A stretch of 64,000 nt of DNA from Dehalococcoidia bacterium (GTDB lineage Bacteria; Chloroflexota; Dehalococcoidia; Plut-88900). Of the stretch, positions 9,543 to 18,642 are shown one piece after another. The notes below the pieces were generated by a model, which saw nothing but the letters and a program-made list of their open reading frames with translations, did no database searches and was not told the origin of the DNA. Both the position numbers and the translations under genes were made by a program. The first letter of the stretch is position 1, and the number at the start of each line of letters is the position of its first letter. The stretch lies in contig OZ240215.1 of the NCBI GenBank assembly GCA_965197585.1, positions 1,280,001-1,344,000 on the forward strand, read 5' to 3'.

Positions 9543-11957
9543 ATGATTCCTGAAATCTGCTCCGGTCTCAGGGTTCTTGACCTCAGCCGCACTTGGACGG
9601 GTGCCCTCGCTACCGTGCTTCTCGCCGACGCAGGCGCTGAGGTCATCAAGATCGAGGGCCCCGGTGGCGATCCCACCTGGTCCCACTACGCCTCCCCCAT
9701 GTGGCATCGAGGCAAGAAGAGCGCCTTTCTGGACCTCAAGTCCCCCGACGGACAGGACACCCTCAAACGTCTCGCCGCGAACAGTGACGTCCTCCTCCAC
9801 ACCCTCATGCCCGGCGCCGCCGAACGCCTGGGGGCAGACTACGAGACCCTAAGGGCAGTCAACCCGGCCCTCGTCTATTGCTCCGTCTCAGGCTTCGGCC
9901 CGCTCAAAGGTTTGGATCACGTCAAGGGTTACGACGCCATAGTCGCTGCTCACACCGGTCGTTTCCATGTTTTCGACAAGCAGATAGACCGCGATGGGCC
10001 AAAGTTCGCTGCCCTGCCCGTCGCCAGTTTCGGTGCCGGAATGCTGGCTCTGCAGGGCATATTCTCCGCCCTGCTGGTCCGTGAGCAGACCGGCCGAGGC
10101 CAGAAAGTCGAGACCAGTCTCCTCCAGTCCCTTATCGCCTACGATTGGTTATGGCTTCTCTGGCAGCTTAAAAACCGCGGAGACAACCCCACCCTCGGAT
10201 GGTCTGAGACCGAGCCCACACCTCAATATTTCGTAAGCCCCACCAAGGACGGGCAGTGGCTCCAGATGGCCAACGCTATGGAGCACCTATTCTTCAACTG
10301 GATTATTGGCATCGGCTTGGGCGATTACCTTGCCGACTCCCGATTCAGCCACTTCCCCAACACCGAGTCCAAAGAGGCCGAAGAAGAGCTCTACCAGCGC
10401 ATGTTCGCACGGATGAAGGAGCGCCCCTTAGACGATTGGACCCGCACCTTTATGACGGAGGTCGACGCCGCATCAGAGCCATTCAGGCAAACGGCCAGCG
10501 CCTTCACCCATCCCCAGGTCGTCGCCAACGCCCACACCATGACCGTTGAAACCACGGACGGTCGTCTAATCAAGCAAGCAAGCCGGATAGCCACGTTTAC
10601 CGAGACCCCCGTCGGCGTCACCCGACCCGCCCCCACCCCCGGCCAGCACACCACCGATGTCATCGCCCTATCCCGAAACGGTCGTAGACCTTCTGCCATT
10701 ACCGGAAACGGGTCAAGGCCTCAAAAGCCCCTTGAAGGCATAACCATCGTTGACTTTGCCTCCTGGATCGCCACACCCCTCGGCCCGTCCATCCTCGCCG
10801 ACCTCGGCTTGCGTGTCATCAAGGTCGAGCCCCTGGGTGGAGAACCGTGGCGCGGCTTCGGCCTCATGGGCCTCAGGACCCACCAGAGCAAGGAGTCCGT
10901 AGCTGTAGACCTTAAAACGGACGAGGGCCGCGAAATCATCCACCGCCTCATCCAAAAATCCGACGCCCTGGTCCACAACCTCAGACCCGGCGTCCCGGAC
11001 CGTCTTGGTATCGACTACAAAACCCTGAGCAAGATAAACCCCGGACTCGTCTATCTGTATGGCGCGGGCTACGGGTCAACCGGCCCCTACTCACCCCGCT
11101 CAGTCATGCACCCCATACCCGGGGCCGTGGCGGGGGGTGCCCTGTACCAGGCGGGGCTTGGCACCCCTCCCCCTCCCGACGCTGATCTCTCATATGAAGA
11201 CACCCGCCGCATCGCCAAAGCCCTCTCCGTCTCCAACGAAGCCAACCCCGACGTCAGCGCCTCCATGGTAGTTGCCGTCTCACTGCTGATGGCGCTCTAC
11301 GTCAAGAAAAAGACTGGAAAGGGCCAATACGTAGAACCCACCATGGTGGGCACTGGTTTGTTCGTCAACTCGGACGACTACGTACAGTTCCCAGGCAAGC
11401 CCTCCCGCCGCCTCCCCGACCCCGACCTCTTCGGCCTTCACGCCCTCTACCGCATGTATGAATCAAGTGAAGGCTGGCTCTTCCTCGCCTGCGACACCGA
11501 TGACGAGTGGAAAACCTTGTGCCGCTCCATCGCCCGAGAGGATCTTATCGCCGACCCACGCTTCTCCACCCCCGACTCCCGCCTCGAAAACGATGATGCC
11601 CTCGCAGCCATCCTGGACTCGATTTTCAAGACCCGGCCCGCCTCCGAGTGGCAGGACTTCCTGACCCCCAAGGCCGTCGCCTGCGTGACCGTTTACCCCG
11701 AGGATTTCAGCGACTTCGTCAACACTGACTCGCGCATGAAGGATAGCGGCCTGATGGTCGACCAGAAGCACCCGGCAATCGGGAAATACCTTCGCTACGG
11801 CCCGATGATCAACTTCTCCGAGACCTCAGGCACCAACCTCGGCCCCATCACCGTCGTCGGAGAGCACACCGCCAGCATTCTCACCGAGCTAGGCTACACC
11901 CCCGACCAGATCGAGGACTTCGCCTCCCGCAAGATAGTCGTCTGCGGAGAAACCTAG
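9543..11957 (+). CDS. Two-domain family III CoA-transferase (CaiB/BaiF)
   Basis: Two copies of the G(L/I)xV(L/V)D...G..VIK(I/V)E..GG(D/E)P and K.S...DLK motifs; 804 aa. Confidence 0.92.
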   Translation: MIPEICSGLRVLDLSRTWTGALATVLLADAGAEVIKIEGPGGDPTWSHYASPMWHRGKKSAFLDLKSPDGQDTLKRLAANSDVLLHTLMPGAAERLGADYETLRAVNPALVYCSVSGFGPLKGLDHVKGYDAIVAAHTGRFHVFDKQIDRDGPKFAALPVASFGAGMLALQGIFSALLVREQTGRGQKVETSLLQSLIAYDWLWLLWQLKNRGDNPTLGWSETEPTPQYFVSPTKDGQWLQMANAMEHLFFNWIIGIGLGDYLADSRFSHFPNTESKEAEEELYQRMFARMKERPLDDWTRTFMTEVDAASEPFRQTASAFTHPQVVANAHTMTVETTDGRLIKQASRIATFTETPVGVTRPAPTPGQHTTDVIALSRNGRRPSAITGNGSRPQKPLEGITIVDFASWIATPLGPSILADLGLRVIKVEPLGGEPWRGFGLMGLRTHQSKESVAVDLKTDEGREIIHRLIQKSDALVHNLRPGVPDRLGIDYKTLSKINPGLVYLYGAGYGSTGPYSPRSVMHPIPGAVAGGALYQAGLGTPPPPDADLSYEDTRRIAKALSVSNEANPDVSASMVVAVSLLMALYVKKKTGKGQYVEPTMVGTGLFVNSDDYVQFPGKPSRRLPDPDLFGLHALYRMYESSEGWLFLACDTDDEWKTLCRSIAREDLIADPRFSTPDSRLENDDALAAILDSIFKTRPASEWQDFLTPKAVACVTVYPEDFSDFVNTDSRMKDSGLMVDQKHPAIGKYLRYGPMINFSETSGTNLGPITVVGEHTASILTELGYTPDQIEDFASRKIVVCGET

Positions 11958-11962
11958 GGCGC

Positions 11963-13018
11963 CTACACAAACGGCAGCACCCGCTTCGGGTTCTCCACGA
12001 ATATCGCGTCTATCTGCTCCCTGGTCATCCCCTTGCCCCGCATTATCGGCATCACGGTTTCCAGCAGGTGAGCGTATCCGTGCCCCCCATAACTATGCAG
12101 CCTCGTCTTCCACGCCGTGTCGTGCGCAACTACTATTTGGTTCAGGTGTCCGTCCTCGATTAACCGCATGATGAAGTCGACTCTCGTCCCGTCATTGGGC
12201 ATGGTGAACGATGGCGCCAGGGGATAGAAAGCCTGCTCAGCCCCGAACAGGTCGTACTCGATGTAGCAGCCCGTATCCGCCAGCTCCTTCAACGTTCCGT
12301 AGTCCGATATCGTCCGGCAAACGTGGCTCATTATCGTCCGGGAAACGTCCCCTCCCGCCGCATCGATAGCCCGGACGATCTCCAGCGGGGCAGAGGGATG
12401 GCGCCCGGGGTGGATCGATAGCGGCGCCCCCGTCTTTACCTGCGCCCGAGCCCCCGCCCTCACGGACCTCCGTTCCGCCTCCGTCCACGGCCACGAACAC
12501 CCCAGCTCCCCGATTATCCCCGCCCTGATTCCCGTGTCCCCAACCCCCTCCATCACATCCTCCACTATCTCCTCCATCATCTGGTCCTCGTCGGTATCGG
12601 TCCAGCCCGCCGGCTGGAAAGGCTCTATGTAGTACCCGGACCCCATGACAATATTCAGGCCCGTTGCCCGTGACACCCGCGCCAGTGCCAACGGGTCCCT
12701 CCCGATCCCCCGGTTCGTTGCATCCACCAGGCTCTGCCCCCCGGCTCTATAGAACCGGCTCACCTCCTTGATCATCAATTCCTCATCGTAAAGGCCCAGG
12801 TTTTCGTAGTTACTGGCCCAGTTTCCCCTTATCCACCCAACGTCGTCGATTGTCACGGGCTTCATCGCAAGTCCCTTGCGGCTCCCTTCCTGCGGCTCCA
12901 GGTACAGGGGCTTGAAGTGGATGAACACGTGCTCGTGGGTAAGGGTTACCCCCAAGTCCTCGGGAGATATGGGCCCGAGCACCGTCTGGATCATTCCTGT
13001 CGCGTCTGAAGCTGCCAT
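11963..13018 (-). CDS. Phosphotriesterase-homology protein (PTE/PHP family)
   Basis: IQTVLGPI, LGVTLTHEH, GRDP, GIIGELG, SIHPGR, MSH, HD. Confidence 0.92.
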   Translation of the reverse strand: MAASDATGMIQTVLGPISPEDLGVTLTHEHVFIHFKPLYLEPQEGSRKGLAMKPVTIDDVGWIRGNWASNYENLGLYDEELMIKEVSRFYRAGGQSLVDATNRGIGRDPLALARVSRATGLNIVMGSGYYIEPFQPAGWTDTDEDQMMEEIVEDVMEGVGDTGIRAGIIGELGCSWPWTEAERRSVRAGARAQVKTGAPLSIHPGRHPSAPLEIVRAIDAAGGDVSRTIMSHVCRTISDYGTLKELADTGCYIEYDLFGAEQAFYPLAPSFTMPNDGTRVDFIMRLIEDGHLNQIVVAHDTAWKTRLHSYGGHGYAHLLETVMPIMRGKGMTREQIDAIFVENPKRVLPFV

Positions 13019-13088
13019 AAGTTGTCTCCGATTCGGCTTTGTTACGAATTGGGCCGGTGGTACCCCGAATCATAGATTCGCCCAAAAC

Positions 13089-13122
13089 GGCATGTCAACG
13101 ACTCCCGTACCGTTGACATGCC
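13089..13122. promoter_or_regulatory. 12-bp perfect inverted repeat carrying back-to-back -35 hexamers of divergent promoters
   Basis: GGCATGTCAACG-N10-CGTTGACATGCC. Plus strand: TTGACA-17-TAACAT. Minus strand: TTGACA-18-TATGAT. Confidence 0.65.
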
Positions 13123-13172
13123 CCATTCCCTCTCCTAACATTCCACCACTTACTCTACGGAAGGCGGATGCT

Positions 13173-14306
13173 ATGCCAAACTTGGAAGTTCTTTCCTCCG
13201 ATTCTCACATAGTCGAACCCCCCGATCTCTGGACCTCGCGTATAGATCCCGCCTTCCGAGACCGCGCCCCCCACATGGTCATCGGCGATGATGGAATGGC
13301 CAATTGGCTGGTGGAAGGCGACCAGCCCCTCGGCTCCATTGGCGCTCCCTCTCAAGCGGGTCTCCGCTACGAAGACCCCGAGTCCATCACCTTCGAGGGT
13401 ACCCTCGATGATGTCCGACCCGGTGCCTTCGATCCCGCCCCCCGCACAGAGGACATGAAAATCGACGGCGTAGACGGAGAGGTCATCTACCCCACCATCG
13501 GCGCCCGACTCTACACCATCCTGAAGCCCGACCTCCTCGCCGCCTGCTTCCGCGCCAGCAACGACTGGCTCGCCGACTTCTGCTCCGCCAACCCCGGCCT
13601 ATTCAAGGGCAACGCCCTTATCTCCCTGGATGACGTGGCCGAAGGTACAAGAGAGCTGGAAAGGTGCTCCGCACTAGGCTTCCGCGGCGCCATGATTACC
13701 ACCTATCCCGGTGATGACAAGCAATACGAACACCCCGACTACGAACCCTTCTGGTCCGCCGCCGAGTCCCTCGGGATCGTCCTCAGCATGCACATCGCCT
13801 CAAACAGGCCAGGCCCCGGGCAGGTCAGCGTCTTCACCGTCAACGGCGACGAAGAAGGAGCGGCCGCTTTCAGCGTCAACCAGGACCACTGGGTCAGGAA
13901 ATCCGTAGCTTCTATGATCTTTTCGGGGGTCTTCGAAAGGCACCCTGCACTTAACGTGGCAATTGTGGAGCACGAGCTTGCCTGGGCCCCCTACTTCCTC
14001 AGGACCATGGACTGGCTCTACTCCGAGTTAAGCCAAACGGCGCCTCACCGCTTCAAGGAGGGAGTCCTACCCAGCGACTACTTCCGAAGCAACGTCACCA
14101 TGAGCTTTCAGCAGGACGACATCGGAATTCAACTGCGAGACCTCATCGGCGTCCAGTGCCTCACCTGGGGCTCCGACTACCCCCACGCCGAGTCCACGTG
14201 GCCCAAGTCCCGTGAGATCCTCGCCAAAGTCCTTGCAGACGTCCCCGCCGACGAACGACGCAAGATAGTCTGCGACACCGTTGCGGGCCTCTTCGGCTTC
14301 GCCTAG
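13173..14306 (+). CDS. Amidohydrolase-2 family protein (paralog of 8391-9524)
   Basis: LSSDSHIVEPPDLW, GSIGAPSQAG, WGSDYPHAESTWP. ATG at 13173. Confidence 0.9.
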   Translation: MPNLEVLSSDSHIVEPPDLWTSRIDPAFRDRAPHMVIGDDGMANWLVEGDQPLGSIGAPSQAGLRYEDPESITFEGTLDDVRPGAFDPAPRTEDMKIDGVDGEVIYPTIGARLYTILKPDLLAACFRASNDWLADFCSANPGLFKGNALISLDDVAEGTRELERCSALGFRGAMITTYPGDDKQYEHPDYEPFWSAAESLGIVLSMHIASNRPGPGQVSVFTVNGDEEGAAAFSVNQDHWVRKSVASMIFSGVFERHPALNVAIVEHELAWAPYFLRTMDWLYSELSQTAPHRFKEGVLPSDYFRSNVTMSFQQDDIGIQLRDLIGVQCLTWGSDYPHAESTWPKSREILAKVLADVPADERRKIVCDTVAGLFGFA

Positions 14307-15028
14307 GCCTCTATCCGTCCGCCCATCAGAATCGACCTGGGCACATACGCAGCCATAGCCCGCGCCCTTTCTGCCCCCACAATCTTCCCCGCTTCCACCA
14401 CCGACTCCGCCATCACCGGGGCCCGGGGTCCGGCTGGACGATGGCAGTCCGTGGAAATAACGTGGACCCAGCCCTTCTTCAACAGAATCTCCGCCGTATC
14501 CCGCGCCTCAGTCCCAAACCTCCCCAATATGCACGTCGAAGTCACCTGCCCGAGCATCCCCCGCCCCACCAGGTTTCCCATAATCGAGGGGTCCTTCATG
14601 ATGTCCACTTGCCGTTCCGGGTGAGCAATCAAGGGTGTCAGCCCTTGCTCCTGAAGACGACTCAACACGTTGTCTGTGTAGTCGGGAAGGGAGTCGAAAG
14701 GAAGCTCGACGAGAATGTAGCGGCCCTCGTTGATGGGGAATGCCCGACCTGATACTACCAACTCAGGAAGGTCAGGGGTTAGATGGTTTTCCATCCCGAC
14801 ATAGATCTTTATGTCGAGCGTTTCTTCCTGAGACAGCCGGTTTAACGTTTCGACGTGCTCGGGCACCAGGCCTAGCACCCCGGCCTCACGCACGTCCTTG
14901 CCGTGCGGAGTTGCCGCCATTCCTTTAATCCCGTCCCCCGACGCAGCCCTCAGCATCTTCATCGATTCTTCAATGGTCTTTGCACCATCGTCGAGGCCCG
15001 GCAGGATGTGGCTGTGAAGGTCGAACAA
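14303..15028 (-). CDS. PHP-family protein-tyrosine phosphatase (CpsB/YwqE-like)
   Basis: DLHSHILPGLDDGA, ATPH, YILVELP, IAHPER, STDCH. TTG start inferred. Confidence 0.9.
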   Translation of the reverse strand: MFDLHSHILPGLDDGAKTIEESMKMLRAASGDGIKGMAATPHGKDVREAGVLGLVPEHVETLNRLSQEETLDIKIYVGMENHLTPDLPELVVSGRAFPINEGRYILVELPFDSLPDYTDNVLSRLQEQGLTPLIAHPERQVDIMKDPSIMGNLVGRGMLGQVTSTCILGRFGTEARDTAEILLKKGWVHVISTDCHRPAGPRAPVMAESVVEAGKIVGAERARAMAAYVPRSILMGGRIEA

Positions 15029-15036
15029 CCGGCGCC

Positions 15037-15738
15037 CTATCCCCGAAGGTTCATCACCTTGAACGCCTCGGCGTAGGGAATGCCTTTGTCCCTGCCCAGG
15101 TTCTCTGCGTGATTCCGCAAGCTGTCTGCCACGTTCCAGTCTTCCGTATCGGCCACCTGGCTCTTGTGGCATTTCAGGGCCGCAATCTTCAAGTCGATAG
15201 TCTCTGAGATGTCGAAGTGGGTGTCGGGGTCTTCGCTTCCCCAGAACAATATGTGCTTCACCTTATGGGGTTCCAGCCCCTCGGCGGCGTGTTCGGGGAA
15301 GTGGAGCCTGTCCCGGGCGTATGGAAAAGATGCGTCCAGGGTTACCTGTCCCGCCATGCGGTGGTCCCGGTGCAGGTAGAAGCTCCGGCGGAGGGGATAG
15401 GTCGTGAATACCGCTTCAGGCTTGTGAATCCGAAGGTTCCTGACCAGCTTGCCCCGGAACTCCGTCGTATCTTCCAGGCCGCCGTCCGGGTAATCGAGAA
15501 ACACCACTTCGCTCAACCCCAGCACCCGACCGGCCTCCAGCTGCTCCTCACGCCTGATAGCCGCGAGTTTCTCGGCAGTCATTTCAGGGTCGTCGGTCCC
15601 CTTGTCCCCGTTGGTCGCAACCACCAGGACGGCCTTGGCCCCTTCTTTGATCCACTTGGCTACTATGCCCGCACACCCGAACTCAAAATCGTCTGGGTGG
15701 GGCGTCACTACAAGGACGGAACTGGGGGTGGGAATCAT
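15037..15738 (-). CDS. PIG-L/LmbE family deacetylase (MshB/BshB-like)
   Basis: PHPDD, ATNGDKG, R.EEQ, YPDG, HRDH, HKSQ. Confidence 0.9.
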   Translation of the reverse strand: MIPTPSSVLVVTPHPDDFEFGCAGIVAKWIKEGAKAVLVVATNGDKGTDDPEMTAEKLAAIRREEQLEAGRVLGLSEVVFLDYPDGGLEDTTEFRGKLVRNLRIHKPEAVFTTYPLRRSFYLHRDHRMAGQVTLDASFPYARDRLHFPEHAAEGLEPHKVKHILFWGSEDPDTHFDISETIDLKIAALKCHKSQVADTEDWNVADSLRNHAENLGRDKGIPYAEAFKVMNLRG

Positions 15739-15850
15739 CAGATGCGTTGCTCCTGGAGTAAATTATTAACCCGACCCCAATAACCGGAGTCGGCAAGCTA
15801 CTTTCCTACACTCGAGACACCTCTGTCAATCCCGACATATCCCCCTTTTT

Positions 15851-16060
15851 CCGTCATCCCGGCCCCCAAGCCCGTCGAAGATGCTGTAAGTGCGCCTTTG
15901 GCGTGCGCCGAGGCGTGAATCCATCCCAGGGTGGGGTCGCTCACCCTGAGCAGAGTTGAAGGGTCGAGCGGGGGTGGCCCCGTAATGACAACCACTCATG
16001 GGTAACTAACGCCATCCCACCTCCCAACCCCCTGTCATTCCGAGGCCCCGCGAGGAATCT
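15851..16060. repeat. Cluster of nested REP-like palindromic repeats
   Basis: CCGTCATCCC...GAATCCA element (15851-15923), CGCTC-CCTGAG...GAAG-GAGCG element (15938-15970), and GTCATTCCGAGGCCCCGCGAGGAATCT (16034-16060, near-identical to 47356-47382). Confidence 0.75.
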
Positions 16061-16165
16061 AACGCGTATGCCCACGACTCAGACCAAGAATAGGGACGCA
16101 ACACCCTCTTCCTGTACTAGGCCCATCCCGTCGTTTATTATTGCCATGTGAATCCTGTGCTGCCA

Positions 16166-16474
16166 ATGAATAACCCTCCACACCCGGGAACCGGCATAAA
16201 GGAAAACTGTCTCGTTCCCCTCGGTCTCAGCGTCAGCGAGACTGCTAGGCGGCTGGGAGTAGCACGGCACACCCTTTCACGAGTGTTGAACGGCCATGCG
16301 GCGGTATCACCGCTCATGGCGATTCGGCTGGAGAAAGCGGGTTGGGCCAGTGCCGACTTTTGGGTGCGCCGCCAAGCTTCTTATGACTTGGCGCAGGCTC
16401 GCAAGATGGAGGAGAATGCAGCCTCCACACGCTCGTATATTCCCACCCCCACCCCCAGGAGGCCGATACCATAA
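16166..16474 (+). CDS. higA: HigA-family antitoxin (XRE HTH), orphan
   Basis: NPPHPG...[24 protein letters not shown]...MAIRLEKAG...FW..QASYDL. Confidence 0.88.
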   Translation: MNNPPHPGTGIKENCLVPLGLSVSETARRLGVARHTLSRVLNGHAAVSPLMAIRLEKAGWASADFWVRRQASYDLAQARKMEENAASTRSYIPTPTPRRPIP

Positions 16475-17376
16475 TTACCGTAAAAAGCTACAAGAATTCA
16501 GACCTGGACCGGCTCTGGTCTCTCACCAACTCCATCCACGGCGACAAAGGCTGGTGGGCCGCCCGATCCATCGACAACATGTACGTATGGCTTGGTCAAC
16601 CCACAATAGACCCCGAGCGGGACGTCTTCCTAGCCCTGGACCGCGACCAACCCATCGCCTATCTAATAGCCAATATGGAGCCTCCCCTCAAGCGCGTGGT
16701 CCTTGAAGGCGCCGTCCACCCCGACCACCTTCATCGGGGCGCCGGCACCCGACTCGTCGAAGCCTCGGTTAACAGGGCGTCCGGCCTCGGATACGAGATA
16801 ATCCAGATGGCTTTCCCCTTCGGCGCACTCAACACCCGCAGGCTCGCCAAGCGCTGCGGCTTTCGCTTCATCCGTAAGTTCTGGGAGATGAAGCTCGATG
16901 ACCCCTCCACCGTCCCCGACCCCGGCCTGTCATCAGAATTCCAGATCCGCCCCTTCAGAGACGGCGACGAAGACCGGCTCCGCTTCGTCCAGAACCTGTC
17001 CTTTGCCAAGCACTGGGGATACAGCCCCAATAGACCCGAAGACGTCCACTACAAGGTTCGCATGGGCCTCTTCAGCTTCGACGACATTCTCCTGGTCCTG
17101 GACGGCGACACACCAGTCGGCTTCAACTGGACTCGGCTGGAGCGCGGAGATAAAAGTACCCAAGGCTGGATCGGGATGATGGGCGCCCACCCCGAATACC
17201 GGGGCAAGGGCCTGGGCACGTCCATAATGAGGGCCGGAGTTCAATATCTGAGAGATTCAGGCGCGTCCCGCATCGACCTCACAGTCGACAGCCAGAACCC
17301 GAGCGCCCACAGGATATATCGAGCCGGGGGGTTCAGAAGACAGGCCGTGACGGTTTGGTACGAACGGGCCTTGTAA
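16471..17376 (+). CDS. Tandem-GNAT acetyltransferase (MshD-like); probable ATA start
   Basis: Two acetyl-CoA motifs ([21 protein letters not shown]), GFNWT, LTVDSQN, YRAGGF. The frame is open from ATA 16471 behind AGGAGG; the first ATG is at 16579. Confidence 0.8.
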   Translation: MITVKSYKNSDLDRLWSLTNSIHGDKGWWAARSIDNMYVWLGQPTIDPERDVFLALDRDQPIAYLIANMEPPLKRVVLEGAVHPDHLHRGAGTRLVEASVNRASGLGYEIIQMAFPFGALNTRRLAKRCGFRFIRKFWEMKLDDPSTVPDPGLSSEFQIRPFRDGDEDRLRFVQNLSFAKHWGYSPNRPEDVHYKVRMGLFSFDDILLVLDGDTPVGFNWTRLERGDKSTQGWIGMMGAHPEYRGKGLGTSIMRAGVQYLRDSGASRIDLTVDSQNPSAHRIYRAGGFRRQAVTVWYERAL

Positions 17377-17382
17377 CCGGTC

Positions 17383-18600
17383 TTAGTTAACCGCCCGGTA
17401 CACCGACTCGTACAGACCAGCGACCCGACCGGCCACCGTAGGCCAGTCCAGCGCAGCCACCGACTCCCGCGCCTGCGACGCCAGCAGTCCACGCAGCCGC
17501 ACGTCATTTAGCAGCAGGCTTATCTTCTCGGCCAAAGTCTCGGGGTTACGGTCCCGGATCAGGCTGCCGTTCAGCCCGTCCTTCACAGTCTCAGGCAGCC
17601 CCCCGACCGCCGTGGCCACCACGGGAGTGCCGCAGGCAATCGCCTCCGCCGCTACCAGCCCGAAGCTTTCGTAGAAGGATGGGACCACACAGAGATCGGC
17701 CGCGTTGTAGTAGTGGACCAGCCGTTTGTGGGGTACCGTCCCTTCGAATGAAACCAGGTGATCTATCCCCAGTTCCCCTGCCAGCCGACGCACCTTCGTA
17801 ACCTCTTCATCCCCCGTCACGTCCCCGCCCACGATTAGTACCTTCAATCTTTCATTTAGGTCCATCCTCGCCACCGACTCCAGCAAGAGCTCAGGCCCCT
17901 TGAGTGGCTGAACTCGGCCCACGTAGAGTAGGACATTCTCGTCGCCAAGCCCAAGTTCCCGTCGTGCCTCATCTTTGGGCATCGGCTTGAAGACATCCAT
18001 GTCAACGCCGCAGGGGATGACCTGAATCCGGTCTCCCGGCGCCTCGTAGAAGTCGATCATATTGCCCCGCTCGTGCTCGCTAACGGCGACAATACGGTCC
18101 GCCCGATGCAGGGTGTCCCTCTCCGACCGGATCCGCACTATGCTCTCGTTCTCCTCGGACCGTGCGCGTATCTTCGCCTCTCCCAACGTGTGGAAGCTGG
18201 CGACGTGGGGAAGCCTTACGTGTTGATTAAGCCTCGACACCACCTCCCCCGACAACCAGTAGTGGCTGTGATACAGATCGTAAGCCAGACCGCGCTCCCT
18301 TTGGAAGCTGATCATGTTTTCCACGAATTCCGGGAGTAGGGAATAGATGCCCTCTTTGGATTCGTACCAGGGCCCCGCCTTGATATGTATCACCCGAGAC
18401 CCGGGTCCCAGGTCGACTATCTCGGGATCGTTCGGGTCGTGGAAGCGGGTGAAAACGTCGGCGGTGATCCCAAGGCTGCCCAGTTCCTTGGCCAATTGAA
18501 GCAGATATACGTTCATGCCCCCGGTGTCTTTCTCACCCAAACGGGCGAGGGGGCAACCGTGGACGCTGACTAGCGCTATCCGCAAATTATCCTTGGACAT
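17383..18600 (-). CDS. GT4 glycosyltransferase, MshA-like
   Basis: SVHGCPLARLGEKDTGGMNVY, HSHYWLSG, FHTLG, GRVQPLKG, PSFYESFGLVAAEA. Confidence 0.88.
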   Translation of the reverse strand: MSKDNLRIALVSVHGCPLARLGEKDTGGMNVYLLQLAKELGSLGITADVFTRFHDPNDPEIVDLGPGSRVIHIKAGPWYESKEGIYSLLPEFVENMISFQRERGLAYDLYHSHYWLSGEVVSRLNQHVRLPHVASFHTLGEAKIRARSEENESIVRIRSERDTLHRADRIVAVSEHERGNMIDFYEAPGDRIQVIPCGVDMDVFKPMPKDEARRELGLGDENVLLYVGRVQPLKGPELLLESVARMDLNERLKVLIVGGDVTGDEEVTKVRRLAGELGIDHLVSFEGTVPHKRLVHYYNAADLCVVPSFYESFGLVAAEAIACGTPVVATAVGGLPETVKDGLNGSLIRDRNPETLAEKISLLLNDVRLRGLLASQARESVAALDWPTVAGRVAGLYESVYRAVN

Positions 18601-18642
18601 GGACACGGTGAACTGGTGTGTATGTGCACTGAAAAAGACGCC

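Noticed and set aside
12876-13172. N-terminal extensions in the ORF track (also purF, hom, dnaG, the PHP phosphatase, hspR, alkA)
   Set aside because: They overlap neighbouring genes or promoters; family homology and RBS position point to later starts.
2026-14306. tRNA-anchored genomic island
   Set aside because: The cluster lies on the tRNA 5' side, and no integrase, duplicated tRNA end or obvious compositional shift was seen.
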